A DNA stretch of 64,000 bases from Octopus vulgaris (GCA_951406725.2 OX597829.1:36270001-36334000); one strand, 5' to 3'; counted from the stretch's first letter, positions 27,726-40,221 are shown. Numbers and translations are program-made. The notes: generated by a model from the letters alone, not told the origin.

Positions 27726-29930
27726 TTTTGTAGCTGCCATATCGTAGCGATCAGAATTCTCAGGTCTCCGTATTTATCAATCTTTTCTCTCTCTATCATG
27801 ATGATATGTTGATCTCCTGGCTCTACCACGTCAATTATTAAGCACTCTTGTTTGTCCCTCCTAAATGTTATTATACCCGGCTTTCGGTGCTCTAATACTT
27901 TATCTGTCTAGAAGTCAAAGTATTCTGTTTTAGGTCACCCTTGTTAAGTCACCTCCATGATGCTTCCTGATTTTTTAACTTGTTGATTTCACGGTGGAAC
28001 TGACCTTGTAATTCCATGTGGAGTAGGGTTTCTTTTCTCTCGTTGGTTGCTCTTGATTGAATATATGAGCACTCTCAAGTCCATCTTTGTTAAATCCTTC
28101 TGCATTAGCAGCATATTTTAACAGATCTTATGTAGCCGCATATTGTAGCATATTTTAATCTGATTACCAGATATTCTGGCACGTTTCTTCTTTCACTATT
28201 GATGCACTCCCGTACGCTAATCAGACCACGTCCACCCTTACCTCTCTTCATGTAGAGCCTGTGTACATTCGCCTTAGAGTGGAGGGCACCATACATTGTC
28301 ATTGTCATTCGGGTAGTGCGATCGAGTTGGTTAATCTCCGCTTGTGTCCATTTCACTATAGCGGATTAGAGCAATCACCCATATGTTGATGGCAATCACA
28401 AGGTTCTTTGAATTGAGTTTTGATTTCAAAAGAAGTTTAAGATGCATTGATGACTCTATGTAAGTTCTGGTCCAACTCCAGGATACCAAGATACTTGTAC
28501 CCATCATCATCCAGGTCTTCTATTCTGTCTCTGTTTGGCAATTTTATACCCCTACACTTTACTCTTTTCCCCCACTTCCAAGTATCACTTCGAGATACCG
28601 AATTCCACCCCTATATCCTTGCTGCACATTTGCATAGTCTCAGCCAGCCTCTCCATTTTCAGGCTCTGTTTTTGCGAACAGTTTTAAATCATCCACGAAG
28701 AGAAGGTGGTAGAGACGAGGTCTATTCTTTCTCAGCCCATACTGCACGTTGATTTTACGTAGGACTATAGAAAGTGGGATCAAGGCTATAACAAATAACA
28801 GAGGTGAACAAGAGTCTCCTTGGATGATACCTATTTTGATTGTTACCTCAGCTAAGTGCTGGTTGTTACAGGATAGACGTGTTTTCCAACTAGGCAAGCT
28901 GTTCTTAATCAGAGCACACACATTTTCAGCTATTCCACACATGTCGAGTTGTTTCCAAAATCCAAGAATGCGGCAACATGTCGTAAGCCCTTTTAAAGTC
29001 TATCCAGGCCATGCATATGTTTTCTTGTACCGTCTACATTTTTTCATTATAACCTTGTCTATCACAAGGTGGTCCTTGGTGCCCTTGGATCCTTTTCGAC
29101 ATCCCTTTTATTCTACTGGCAGTAGACTGTTTTCCGCAAGGAACGTATATATTTTCCGTGCGAAGATATCTATTAATATTTTCCAATGACCGACCCAAGA
29201 CAAGAAATGGGTCGGTAATTGCCAATCTCATTGCCCTTTGACCGATCTTTCATTAACAATGTTGTTCTTCCTCTACATCCAATTCGGAACTGTACCGCTC
29301 TGTAGGCAATTGTCTAATTGCAACGCAATTCTCTTGTGTGTTGACCTAAACCACTTGAGCTAGTAGCCTTGAATTTCGTCTGGTCCCGCCGTTGTTATGC
29401 GCATATGGTCCTGTCATGAAGCCTCCAGGTGATGGAGTTCGGATCTCGCGGAATTAATCCACTCAGCACAATGGCTGTAGGAAACATCTTGACCCCAGAT
29501 GTTATTCCAAAATTGGCGGCGAGTTTCTTCAGCTTCAAGAGGTATATTATCTTCTGTATTTCCTCCTAAACCCTTAAAAATCTGCCTCTAGTTATTTGAG
29601 AATAACCGGTTTTGCTGGAACTGTGATATACGATCAGTGTAGCGCTGCACCTTTAGTTGTTTTAGGGTTTCGGTCGCAGTTTTGAAACTTTTCTTTTCTA
29701 TTTGGTTCTTCGTGTCAAGATATGCCCTTGCACTTTTTTCCGTTTTTCTATTGCCCTTTGAACCACTCTTCTATACAGCTCAGATCTTTACGTAAAGTTA
29801 GAACATCACCTTCAATTCTCCGTTTCCACAATGGCTCCTTCTGTTCATCAACTTTCCTCTACGTTCCTCTTTCTTAGTTCACTTACTAAAATTGAAGCGG
29901 ATCTATCACCACTACAGATTGACTCGGCCT
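27725..29930 (-). mobile_element. Decayed Dong/R4-clade non-LTR retrotransposon (RT plus restriction-like endonuclease)
   Basis: Minus-strand motifs KEPLWKRRIEG, GPDEIQGY, IIQGDSCSPLLFVIAL, HLLFVDDLKLFAK, RLYMKRGKGGRGLISV and LEHRKPGII...CLIIDVVEPGD...EKIDKYGDL. Many stops and frameshifts. The zinc-knuckle region appears deleted near 27925. Confidence 0.9.
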
Positions 29931-29941
29931 ATAGCAGGAAA

Positions 29942-29984
<43 letters not shown>

Positions 29985-29993
29985 TTGATGATG

Positions 29994-30053
<60 letters not shown>
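29942..30053. repeat. (GAT)n microsatellite
   Basis: Direct reading. Confidence 0.95.
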
Positions 30054-30054
<1 letters not shown>

Positions 30055-31529
30055 GGAGGATGTATTGTCAATGTTGTGTACAACCAGGGCGGCTCCCGGC
30101 GAACAGTCCTAACATACAAGATATTTTACGAACAATGCTTACGGAGCCTGGATCCACCATTACTAGTTATACCACGTCTCCATCAAAGTGAAGACTATCT
30201 GCGCACTCGGAGACACACTTATGAATCACAGAATGCAGTACTGTCATCTTCATACATTACGAAATATATTAATTACGGACAGAGAAGATGCTGATTGTGC
30301 TATAGCTAATCCTTTTAAATGTAATGATTATAGCATGGGCTCATATGATAAATTACCAATGCCTTAAAATATAGAATGTTAAGTCTGTATTATTTGTAGA
30401 TCTCTTGTAGTGTTAGTAGATGACAGTGGCTCTAGATTGAATTACAGTGGTTTGTATTAGTGGTAGCATTGGTAGATAAATGAGTAACAGCAGCAGTAGC
30501 TGTAGCAATGGTGATGATAGTGATGAGGTGGTGGTAAGGCCGATGATTATGGTGTATTAGACTGGCAACAGTTCTGGAGAGGACTACAAAAGTTATAGAT
30601 TGTGGTGTCTGATATGAAAGAGCACAATGATGACGATGGCGGTGCTGGTGCTGATTTTTTTTTTTTCATTTTTTTTTCTTTTTGTTTATGATGTTGATAT
30701 AGAAAAAACAATAAGAGGGCCTAGCAACGACAAAAATATTAATAGTAGCAGCTGCACATATAACGCCATTGAACACTACTTGTAGCAACATCAGCAGAAG
30801 CAGTAGGAGCAACAGCAGAAGCAGCAACAGCAGCAGCAGCAGCAGCAGCCGTAGTACTAGTGGTGGTGGTGGTAGTGGTGGTGTGTTTCGCTCTTGGTGG
30901 CTGTGCCGGCGGTGATCCTTAATGTATTTGGTGGTAGTAGTGTTGGTGATTGGTGTAGTGATGATGGTTATAATGGTAGCAGCGATAAAATATCTAACTA
31001 ATCATCATCATCATCATCATCATCAACATCATCATCATCATCATCATCATCATTCAGTAACAGTAGTAGTAGTAGTAGTAAAGGAGCAAATCGGTAGATA
31101 TGAGAACAGCGAAATATGTAAGGAGAATATGACAAAAGAAAAAATAGTCGTAATAACAAACAGTAGGAGTAGAAACACCTATAGAAGCTGCAGTGATCAC
31201 TAAGCTATTTACAGATATAAGCAACAGTAACAACATACGAAACAAGTATGCCTGATTATATAGCCAGCAAGGAATTGTGAGCATGGTCAAGCGAACTGCT
31301 AGAAGTAACAACCAAATCCTCCGTTGCCCAACCACTGAATCTACTCTAATGTCATGAGATAATGTAACTTTGACACGTGTCTTAAAAGAAAGTAGAAGGA
31401 ATGTTTATTGTCTTTGAGCAGAAATACCGGCATATCATTTTAGCCGTGATGGTTAAACCAAGCTGAAATATTTATGATTCAATTTCGTTCAATCAGGACT
31501 GTCATAAGGCTAATCAAGAACAACAATAG

Positions 31530-31530
<1 letters not shown>

Positions 31531-31593
<63 letters not shown>

Positions 31594-31638
31594 AGCTGCT
31601 GCTGCTGCTGCTGCTGCCTGCTGCTACTACTACTGCTG

Positions 31639-31697
<59 letters not shown>

Positions 31698-31770
31698 GCT
31701 GCTGCTGCTACTGCTGCTGCTGCAGTTGCTGCTACTATTACTGCTGCTGCTGCTACTACTACTGCTGCTG
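31531..31770. repeat. Compound (CTA)n/(CTG)n microsatellite
   Basis: Direct reading. Confidence 0.95.
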
Positions 31771-32066
31771 CAGTTGCTATTGTGCTCTCTTCCTTTACAG
31801 GGGCATTTAAGTTATCAGATTTTTGAGGCAAATGAGATCGCAAAACTTATGAACTTTTGAGTTTAGATATGGTCGAACAAGATCCCTATAATGTTTTGAT
31901 GATTTCACTATCTTTAACATAAATATCAATAGCCTAACGTTTTCTCGTTTAAAATGTGTAGGCACTAAGGTCAGCCTTTCGAGAATCCATAAGCTAAAGT
32001 GAGACTCAAACACTGGATTCTGGCTTTGTACTTATATCAGAAACAACCCGAATATTATTATTATTA

Positions 32067-32146
<80 letters not shown>

Positions 32147-32150
32147 CATC

Positions 32151-32201
<51 letters not shown>

Positions 32202-32234
32202 CATCATTTATTTTTATTTTTATTATTATTATTA

Positions 32235-32280
<46 letters not shown>

Positions 32281-32282
32281 TT

Positions 32283-32590
32283 GGTCAGTAGTCTTATTTT
32301 TATCACGTGCAGCTTTGTGTGTCTTGAGTATGTGCTGTGGTTTGCTGTGATGCTCATATTTTCACTGTATTGAAAGTGTTTTACGTAGGAGGTGTCCAGT
32401 AGCACTATTTTCTGTACGTTATATATATATTTGTAAGTCCAGGTGTTTTTGTTACGTATTTATCTGAATATTTTTTTATCATACCTAATGCGCCTATTAT
32501 GATACGAATTGTTTCTGCTTTTAGGCTCCACTTCGAGTTACCTCTATTTCCAGATCTTTGTATTTTGAGAGATTCTCTGTTTCTTTTAGA
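32283..32590 (-). mobile_element. 5'-truncated Dong/R4-type LINE 3' end with a (TAA)n tail (32053-32282)
   Basis: Minus strand LSKYKDLEIEVTR.WSLKAETIRIIIGALGMIKKYSDKYVTKTPGL...VQKIVLL. The 3' UTR is shared with 17940-18070. Confidence 0.8.
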
Positions 32591-32640
32591 GGCAAATTAA
32601 TTTGCTAAAGGCAAATTAACAGACATAACTAAAACGACAT

Positions 32641-33053
32641 TTTGATGTAGAGCATCTTAATCTTCATCAGTGACTCCTTAGTACCCACTGTCACATTAGT
32701 GACCCCTATTAATCTACCTTTTAAGTTATTAAATTACTAATGAGCCACCCATATTATTTATTGATTTTTACTTTACTGTTTTGAAATCAGCGCATGAGTT
32801 TCAACGGTTTTCTTATAAGACTGACAGAGGGAGTTGAGTTTAACCCTAGGCACAGTAAGAGTCACTGACGCGGATTAAGATGCTCTGCATCAAAATCCCA
32901 AATCGTTGGTTTGACTATATCAGTTTGGGGCTTACCTCCGCTTGTCAGTCATTAAGATAGTATCCAGTGGCTATTTCAGTTGCTTTGATGCTTATTTCTA
33001 GAAATACTGGTACTAACTAGTAGCCTTCTCTCATTTTAGGGACCTCTATTGAT
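32641..33053. mobile_element. Inverted-repeat Penelope-type miniature element with a degenerate hammerhead (32860-32916, +)
   Basis: 32641-32676 is an inverted copy of 32859-32894. Motif: AGTCA-CTGACGC-GGATT aa GATGC tct GCATC aa AATCC-CAAA...TGACT. 32941-33053 is homologous to the reverse complement of ~55290-55420. Confidence 0.6.
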
Positions 33054-33081
33054 ATAATATAATATAATATAATATAATATA

Positions 33082-33136
<55 letters not shown>

Positions 33137-33297
33137 AAATTAGGGTGAAAAAATTGTATATTAATTTAATAACATCAATTTAACACCAGTGGTAGCGCAT
33201 AAAAAACTGAGATTCAGTAAATATTATTAATACACATATGAGAGAGAATCCACTTTAGAATCCACTTTAGTGGATATATATATATATATACACACTC

Positions 33298-33369
<72 letters not shown>

Positions 33370-34054
33370 TCATATGTGTGTATATATATATATATATATA
33401 ATTGAAAACCAAGAGGAGAATGGAGACTTAATCACATCCAAAAATTTTATTAAAACATTTTCTGCAGCATATATAACAATGACCAAAATGTTTCTACTGC
33501 ATTAACTGCACATTGCTCTGTATGCAATTATGCATCCTACTCGCTGAAATTTCTTCAGAGGTCCATCACTTACAACGTTTTCAAAGTGAGCTAATTGGGG
33601 AAAAAAAAACTTCCTGCGTTGGTATTCAGTTGAATGTGAGAGCGTTATTCTTTAAATCGAATTGAATTCTGGTTTTATAATCAGTTCTACTGGTATTACC
33701 GTTGAATCAGGTTTCTTAAATATTCATTTATATTACAGTTAATTATAGCAGTTTTTTTTTACGTTTTACTGTTTGGAGTACATTATTTATCCAGAGGTAT
33801 TTCACTCATTTGGGGATTATACCTTCAATTTCTATTACTGTCATTATTATTATTATAATTATATTTACTAATGTTATTTACATAAATATCATTATCACAA
33901 TCATTATTTTAACTAGTACAATTACTATAGATGGTAAGTTATGTTCAGTTAAATCGTTTAAACGTATACACACACACAAATACACACACACACACGCGTG
34001 CGTACATACATAATATGTATAGGCATTATGTGCGTATGTGTACATATTTGTAAA

Positions 34055-34096
<42 letters not shown>

Positions 34097-34162
34097 AAAT
34101 GGTTTACATCTGGTAGCTTACAAGTAAAACACGGTCACTTTCAGTGTGATCGTTAGGTAAAT

Positions 34163-34407
34163 AACAAATGAAAGACAGAATATGGAATATACGAGAATAT
34201 ATTATTAATCACAACAATTGTTTCGACACATCTAGCATTTTAACGAGTTTTGTATTCATTTATCAGCTGACGAGATACGTCTGCACCACCGGATACTCCT
34301 GTACCACTTTTTGTGTGTCCCACAAGAAAAGTCGATGCTAGATGTGTCGAAACAATTGTTGTGATTAATAATATATTCTCATATATTCCATCCTTTGTCT
34401 TTCATTT

Positions 34408-34410
<3 letters not shown>
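34163..34410. mobile_element. Fold-back element (~76-bp arms) with a hammerhead motif at 34262-34365 (+)
   Basis: 34163-34238 is an inverted copy of 34335-34410. Motif: ATCAG-CTGACGA-GATACGTCTGCA...TGCTAGATGTGTC-GAAAC-AATT-GTT-GTGAT. Confidence 0.75.
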
Positions 34411-34445
<35 letters not shown>

Positions 34446-34559
34446 GCATAAAAATATGTATGCACACACATACGAACTTGTATTTGAATATATTATCTGA
34501 GTTGCTAAGCGTATGTTTATATCTGAATAAGTTAGTTTAGTAGACAAATGTGTGTATTT

Positions 34560-37140
34560 ATGTACTTCCTTACAGCGAGTGTATCTCCACCTATGTGCTT
34601 TATTATAGTGTATGTATGTGTATTCCAAATGTGTGAGTGATTGTGTGCATGATTCTGTGTTGTGTCTCTGGGATCTTTCACAAATTTTTAGCGTTCCTCT
34701 TTCCATGTGATTATATTGCGTATTTCTATTTGTTTTGCCTGTTTCTTGATGTGAACGCGTGTTTTGAATCAAATGTTGTATCTTAGTAGAGTTATTTAGT
34801 CTATAAGAAACACATGCATGGGCTCTATTTAACTTCTTTTTATTAGTTGTCAGCTAGTTAGCCAATTAACTAATCAATTACTTAATTAGTTGCTCTATCA
34901 ATCAATCGGCTGTTTCACATAGTCCTTTCCCTTCATTTGCGACCTCATCAATAACGTGCTCTCATTATTTGAAGCCTGCCGATTGTATCCTCGTGCTTGT
35001 TACTATATTTATACATTTGGTACTGTATGTGAGTAAGTTTGCATGTATGGCGGTGATTAAGTGAGTTCAATGATCATAGTTATTCTTTGTTATGTTTTGT
35101 TAAGTGACTGGAAGCTGGTTGTGTATTTATGCGTGTATATCATATATGTATGTGTCGTTTGTTCTTGTCTTTTATTTTCCAAAGGAATAAAGAATTTAAC
35201 CACGAACGCAATTCTTCTCACATATGCCCACATATAGCCAATCATATATTCACATATTTAAATATACATGTATCTATAGACACCCATAAACGCACACGAA
35301 CAAATACATACACACACCACGTACAAATAGAAATACATGTGCATGCACGTGTCTACTCTTCCTTGTAATAACGCCAGGGTGTACATGTGTAGAGTCAGAT
35401 GATGGTAGCTGATGTTGATGGCAGTAGATACAAACACATATCGGCTCTTCTTTAAGTATATGAGAATCATTGCAACGTATGTTCATGGCCAAAAAAGAGA
35501 GATGAGAGAAGAGTTGACCACAGTCACCGAGGTTCTGGTCTATCGATCTCATATCTGGATACTCAGGCATTCATATGTGAATACACGCATATCCATATAT
35601 AGTGGTGGTAGATATTTTTGTGAAAGCATTAGATGCACAACAGTGTTGAATTCATTGTAATTTCTCTCGTATTGTCTATTAAACTATCAGCCATTGTTCT
35701 GTTACATATAGATTCGTGTATCCGCCTTAACTTTGTGTTATGTGTGTCCACGTCTGCCTGCCTGAACATGTGGTAGTGTGCTAACAAATATCTGCATCAG
35801 TAGACAGGGTACCGTAGTAGATTTGATCAACTGGTATATTATTCAACGTCATCTTTATTATTACAATCCTCCTAGATTACTGCTGTACCAAGTTGCGCGT
35901 AGTTTCACCAATGTGAGATGTGATAGAGTTCCTACAATTGACTTCCATGCATTTCTAGTTAAAGGTTGATAGTACTGTTATCCTTATCGGAAAGCTATGT
36001 CCTACATATTGTGACCAAATGGATTTGCCTGGTTTTTCAAGCACTTACTTTTTGCATCCCTAAATGATTTTCGAAATTTATGGGCTAATTCACTTTTAGG
36101 AATAACACCAGTAACCATTACTCCTTAGAACTTGTCTTTATTGTACCACGAGTGTACATAACCTACCTTATCACTTATTCTTTTCACCCTATTTCAGTTT
36201 TCGTTTTGATGATTGTACACATACAATTTTTGACTTATTGTCTTTTCACAGGGTTGTTGTTTTTATTGAAATGTTCCAGCAGTATTCTTTATTTTTGTGG
36301 TTCTAGTGTACCTTTGGTTTCTAACTATAATGCCATAGCTCATGGGAAGGTAGTATTAGAGGACATTTCCAGACAACTGCTGATAATTTTCACTACTAGC
36401 ATGACACAACCTATTTCTTTACTACCCACAAGGGGCTAAACACGGGGAGGACAAACAAGGACAGACAAACGGATTAAGTCGATTATATCGACCCCAGTGC
36501 GTAACTGGTACTTAATTTATCGACCCCGAAAGGATGAAAGGTAAAGTCGACCTCGGCGGAATTTGAACTCAGAACGTAACGGCAGACGAAATACGGCTAC
36601 GCATTTTGCCCGGCGTGCTAACGTTTCTGCCAGCTCGCCGCCTTGACACAACCGACACTTCCATCACAATGTTGCGGTCAAGAGGCATCATTTTCTCTTT
36701 TGTTGATCAGCGTTTTGTAACTATCACCTTCTCTTGGACAGTAAAATCGTAGCTGACCAAGTGAGATGCGATGTAATCATTGCAAGTCCCAGAAGAAGCT
36801 ATTATTCCATTCACTAGCTCGCAGGATGTGTACACATACAAACCTTTCTGCTGAGACTGTGAGGTTTTCTTTTCCAGGTCTCTGATTATGTAGGTCAGAC
36901 CAACCCACCTTGATTAACGTGGAACAGCTCTACACTCATAGAACTTGTTTAGGGGTCCCCTGTCTAATTATCATGATGTTATTAATTTCGCTGTTGTCTA
37001 TATACATGATGTACTAATTTTCTTCTTTAATGTTCAGTAACTGTTATCTTAGATGCACGAAGCGCCAGTCAAAGGCGGTCTGGACCTTTCTTATGCTTTT
37101 GCCTGTGTCACAAATATCCAAGTTATATGTCATTTTTTAG
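34560..37140 (-). mobile_element. Patchwork of very old Penelope-like fragments (interrupted by a SINE)
   Basis: Minus strand VNCRNSITSHIGETTRNL (35885-35945) resembles GIY-YIG CxxCxxxYIGETxRxL. SSH...SLNHR...ARGY near 34990-35120 resembles the PLE thumb. Boundaries uncertain. Confidence 0.4.
36412..36643 (-). mobile_element. tRNA-derived SINE, family A, young copy with a 10-bp target-site duplication
   Basis: Reverse complement starts GGCGGCGAGCTGGCAGAAACGTTAGCACGCCGGG, with B box GAGTTCAAATTCC and central CCTTTCATCCTTTCGGGGTCGATAAA. TSD TGACACAACC at 36402-36411 and 36644-36653. Confidence 0.92.
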
Positions 37141-37437
37141 TATATTCTTCGTTATTCTAATCGTATAGATATACATATATTTATTGATATATAAGAAGGT
37201 AACAGATATCAGCATTTCCCGCATTTCAAAGTACGAATCATCTTTCAGTTAGTAATGTAATAACGAATATCATTGCTCGACGCAGTGTTGACTTCACTCT
37301 TACTGATAAGTATTAAAGAGTATAAATTTGTACGAATGTGCATAAAATATGAATATGATTATATATATAATATGTAAAAAAAACTCTTGTAGAGCAATGA
37401 AATAATACAGTCACTTATTTGTGTATATTTCCAACAG

Positions 37438-37518
37438 ATGCAGCGAGGGCTCACAGTCATGGCGTTCTCTATCCGTACAACCCAAGTCATCAAGGTCCTG
37501 TCTCGCGGAGTCTATCAG
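37438..37518 (+). CDS. Candidate 81-nt internal exon of an unidentified host gene
   Basis: Acceptor tatatttccaacag| and donor CAG|gtaaat. 81 nt (multiple of 3), 44/81 G+C in AT-rich surroundings, not repetitive and open in all three frames. The phase-1 reading is (x)AARAHSHGVLYPYNPSHQGPVSRSLS. Confidence 0.55.
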
Positions 37519-37629
37519 GTAAATCTCAAACCAGTATTGTTATTTCCTTATCTATAAACGTAAATACAGAAAGTGCATAGATATTTACTAACATATGTTC
37601 ATACCCAAACACACTTCCCACTCAACCGC

Positions 37630-37662
<33 letters not shown>

Positions 37663-37721
37663 TGTGTGTGCGCGTGCGTGCGTGCGTGTGTATCTGAAAG
37701 CACATATGAATATAGCATATT

Positions 37722-37861
37722 CTAGCATTGATGTCCGGCTTTGCTCGTGATTAAAATGACATAGCATTATTATTGTTTTACTTGTTTCAGTAACGTGAAT
37801 GCAGCCATGCTAGAGCACCGCCGTTGGCCGAACAATCTATCAGTGTATTTTCATTCAGTGT

Positions 37862-37870
<9 letters not shown>
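37722..37870 (-). mobile_element. Short Helitron-SINE-tail chimera, second copy
   Basis: CTAGCATTGATGTCCGGCTTTGCTCGTGATTAAAATGACATAGC followed by the SINE tail TTTTACTTGTTTCAGT...GCCATGCTAGAGCACCGCC, ending in CTTTATATATA. Confidence 0.55.
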
Positions 37871-37928
<58 letters not shown>

Positions 37929-38051
37929 AATTAAGATTCAGTTGAATTAGGTACTTAAGTTAGGCACCATGTCTGACATGTATTGTCCGTACAGCTCGAA
38001 GTTAGCTGAATAAACAGTAAATAAGAAACGAGGATGACCAGGTATTTGTGC

Positions 38052-38478
38052 ATTACGGCCGTTTCAAGCGAATCCATTTAATCGATCAACGCAAACATTA
38101 CATCAGTTTGAAATAAACCGCTTTCCTCGTTTTGATTCTAAGGGGGTGTAGATTGCTTGCTGCATTGGGTCTGTTGAATGTGATAAGGATATAAATAAAT
38201 GTAGCTATATCACAATTCCTCTTTATTGACTCCCATTATTTCCTTCTGCCACCCTCAATTACAGTAGGCTTTAGGTATTCTTTCGCTAAATTCTTTCTGT
38301 TACAATAATAGCAAAAAGAAGCAATGTATGTGGAAAAGTTGCTAAAAAATTATAATGGAGAATCCTGTGTGTTGGAAATCTATACGGTCGTACGCATCCG
38401 AGGAGAGCAGTTTATTTCAAATTGATGTAATATTTGCATTGATCGATTAGTTGGAGGCGCTTGAGACGGCCGTAATCC
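38052..38478. mobile_element. Inverted-repeat element (~78-bp arms) with hammerhead motifs
   Basis: 38052-38130 is an inverted copy of 38399-38476. The left arm (minus) has CGCTT-GAAAC-GGCC-GTA-ATGC. The right arm (+) has GCAT-CCGAGGA...GCTT-GAGAC-GGCC-GTA. Confidence 0.7.
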
Positions 38479-38490
38479 TTGGTACTTTAT

Positions 38491-38523
<33 letters not shown>

Positions 38524-38566
38524 CATAGAAACATGTATATATATGTATATATATATATATATATAT

Positions 38567-38621
<55 letters not shown>

Positions 38622-38714
38622 TATATAGGGAGAGTTTACGAAAAAAAACAAAAGACGAAGACAGGTGGTGTACAAAACAAGCAGTTGTATAACACTCAGG
38701 AATAGAAAAAGTAT

Positions 38715-38747
38715 TTTACTTTTCGAGCCTACGCTCTGCTACAGAAA
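38715..38747 (-). ncRNA. Degenerate minimal hammerhead motif related to 1986-2020
   Basis: Minus strand TTT-CTGTAGCA-GAGC-gtag-GCTC-GAAAA-GTA-AAA. Confidence 0.35.
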
Positions 38748-38824
38748 GGGACACAGAAACACACGGAGAGAAACAAGGAGAGAAAAAATGTGTGTAATGT
38801 AAAAATTGTGTGTATATATATATA

Positions 38825-38887
<63 letters not shown>

Positions 38888-39498
38888 TATAGATGAAAAG
38901 ACATGAATGTAGAGTTTGTATTTTAATTTAATATGTAAGGTTTTCTTGTTAGTCCTATCGGGAAAAGTGCAGTATATACCTATCTGCAGTCAATACATAT
39001 ACAGTGAACTCTAGACTTATCTGTTTAATTTGCATAACAGAGTATGCGTCTACAAAATTGATTAATTAATTAATAGTGCACTACACTGCAATTTTTGAAT
39101 AATGTGAAAGTTAAAGTATATCTTATTAATAAACGTACGACTTAACATCGATATGAAAAGTAACCAAACTGATTGCCCTACAGCATTTATTTCACATTGT
39201 GCTAAAAAAAAGAATCAATCTGACAAATTTTTTTGTCATGTTAGACTTAACAACTTTGTCTTCTTTTCACACCGAGGCTAAATTATATGTTCAGCATTAA
39301 GAAGTATGTACGCCTCATTTCGAATAAATAGGATTACACAAATACATACAAAAGCACACACGCACACATACATACATACATGTAGATAGATAGATAGATA
39401 GATACATACATACATACATACATACATACATACGTACATACATACATACATACATACATACATACATACATACATGCATGCATACATACATACATACA

Positions 39499-39533
<35 letters not shown>

Positions 39534-39601
39534 GTGTGTATATATGTGTATGCATGTATGTATATATAATGTATATATATATATATATACATATATAGTG
39601 T

Positions 39602-39639
<38 letters not shown>

Positions 39640-39822
39640 TATATATGTGTGTGTGTGTGTGTGTCTTGTGTATGTATGTGTACCTGTGTATGCATTCATG
39701 CACATAATCATACATGCATGTCTACAAGACACACATATCCAATGAGGCAGAAAGAGAGATACAGATAGAGATTGATAGATAATGCATGTTTCATTACATC
39801 TTTGTGATCCTATGTGTGTGTG

Positions 39823-39872
<50 letters not shown>

Positions 39873-40013
39873 TATGTGTGTGCGTGTGCGCTTGTGAATG
39901 TGATGGGGGAGGGTGTAGATAAAGGACGAAACAGGAGAGACAACATCGAATTAAGAAAACTAAAATAGGTTAAAGTAGTACAACTATAAAAAGTAAAATG
40001 AAGGCCGAAACAG

Positions 40014-40055
<42 letters not shown>

Positions 40056-40221
40056 CAAGTGTGCCTATTAGTAAGAAAGATAGGTTATGAGATAGAGTGG
40101 GTGTTTGAGAGTGGCAAAGTACGTAAGGAAAATTGGTAACGGTGCAGAGAGGGAGAAGCCCAGATATGGAAAGTCTGAAACATACGAACAGAAACGAGTA
40201 GAAAGAAGAGAAAGTGTGAAA

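Noticed and set aside
29831-30294. Poly-Asp/poly-His ORFs and the adjacent 72-aa ORF as a host gene
   Set aside because: Driven by the (GAT)n repeat next to a LINE relic. No recognisable domain or clear splice sites.
33478-33565. Minus-strand CTGAAGA...GAAAC hammerhead-like motif
   Set aside because: Stem II does not close next to the core and the GUH triplet is not properly placed. Too decayed to call.
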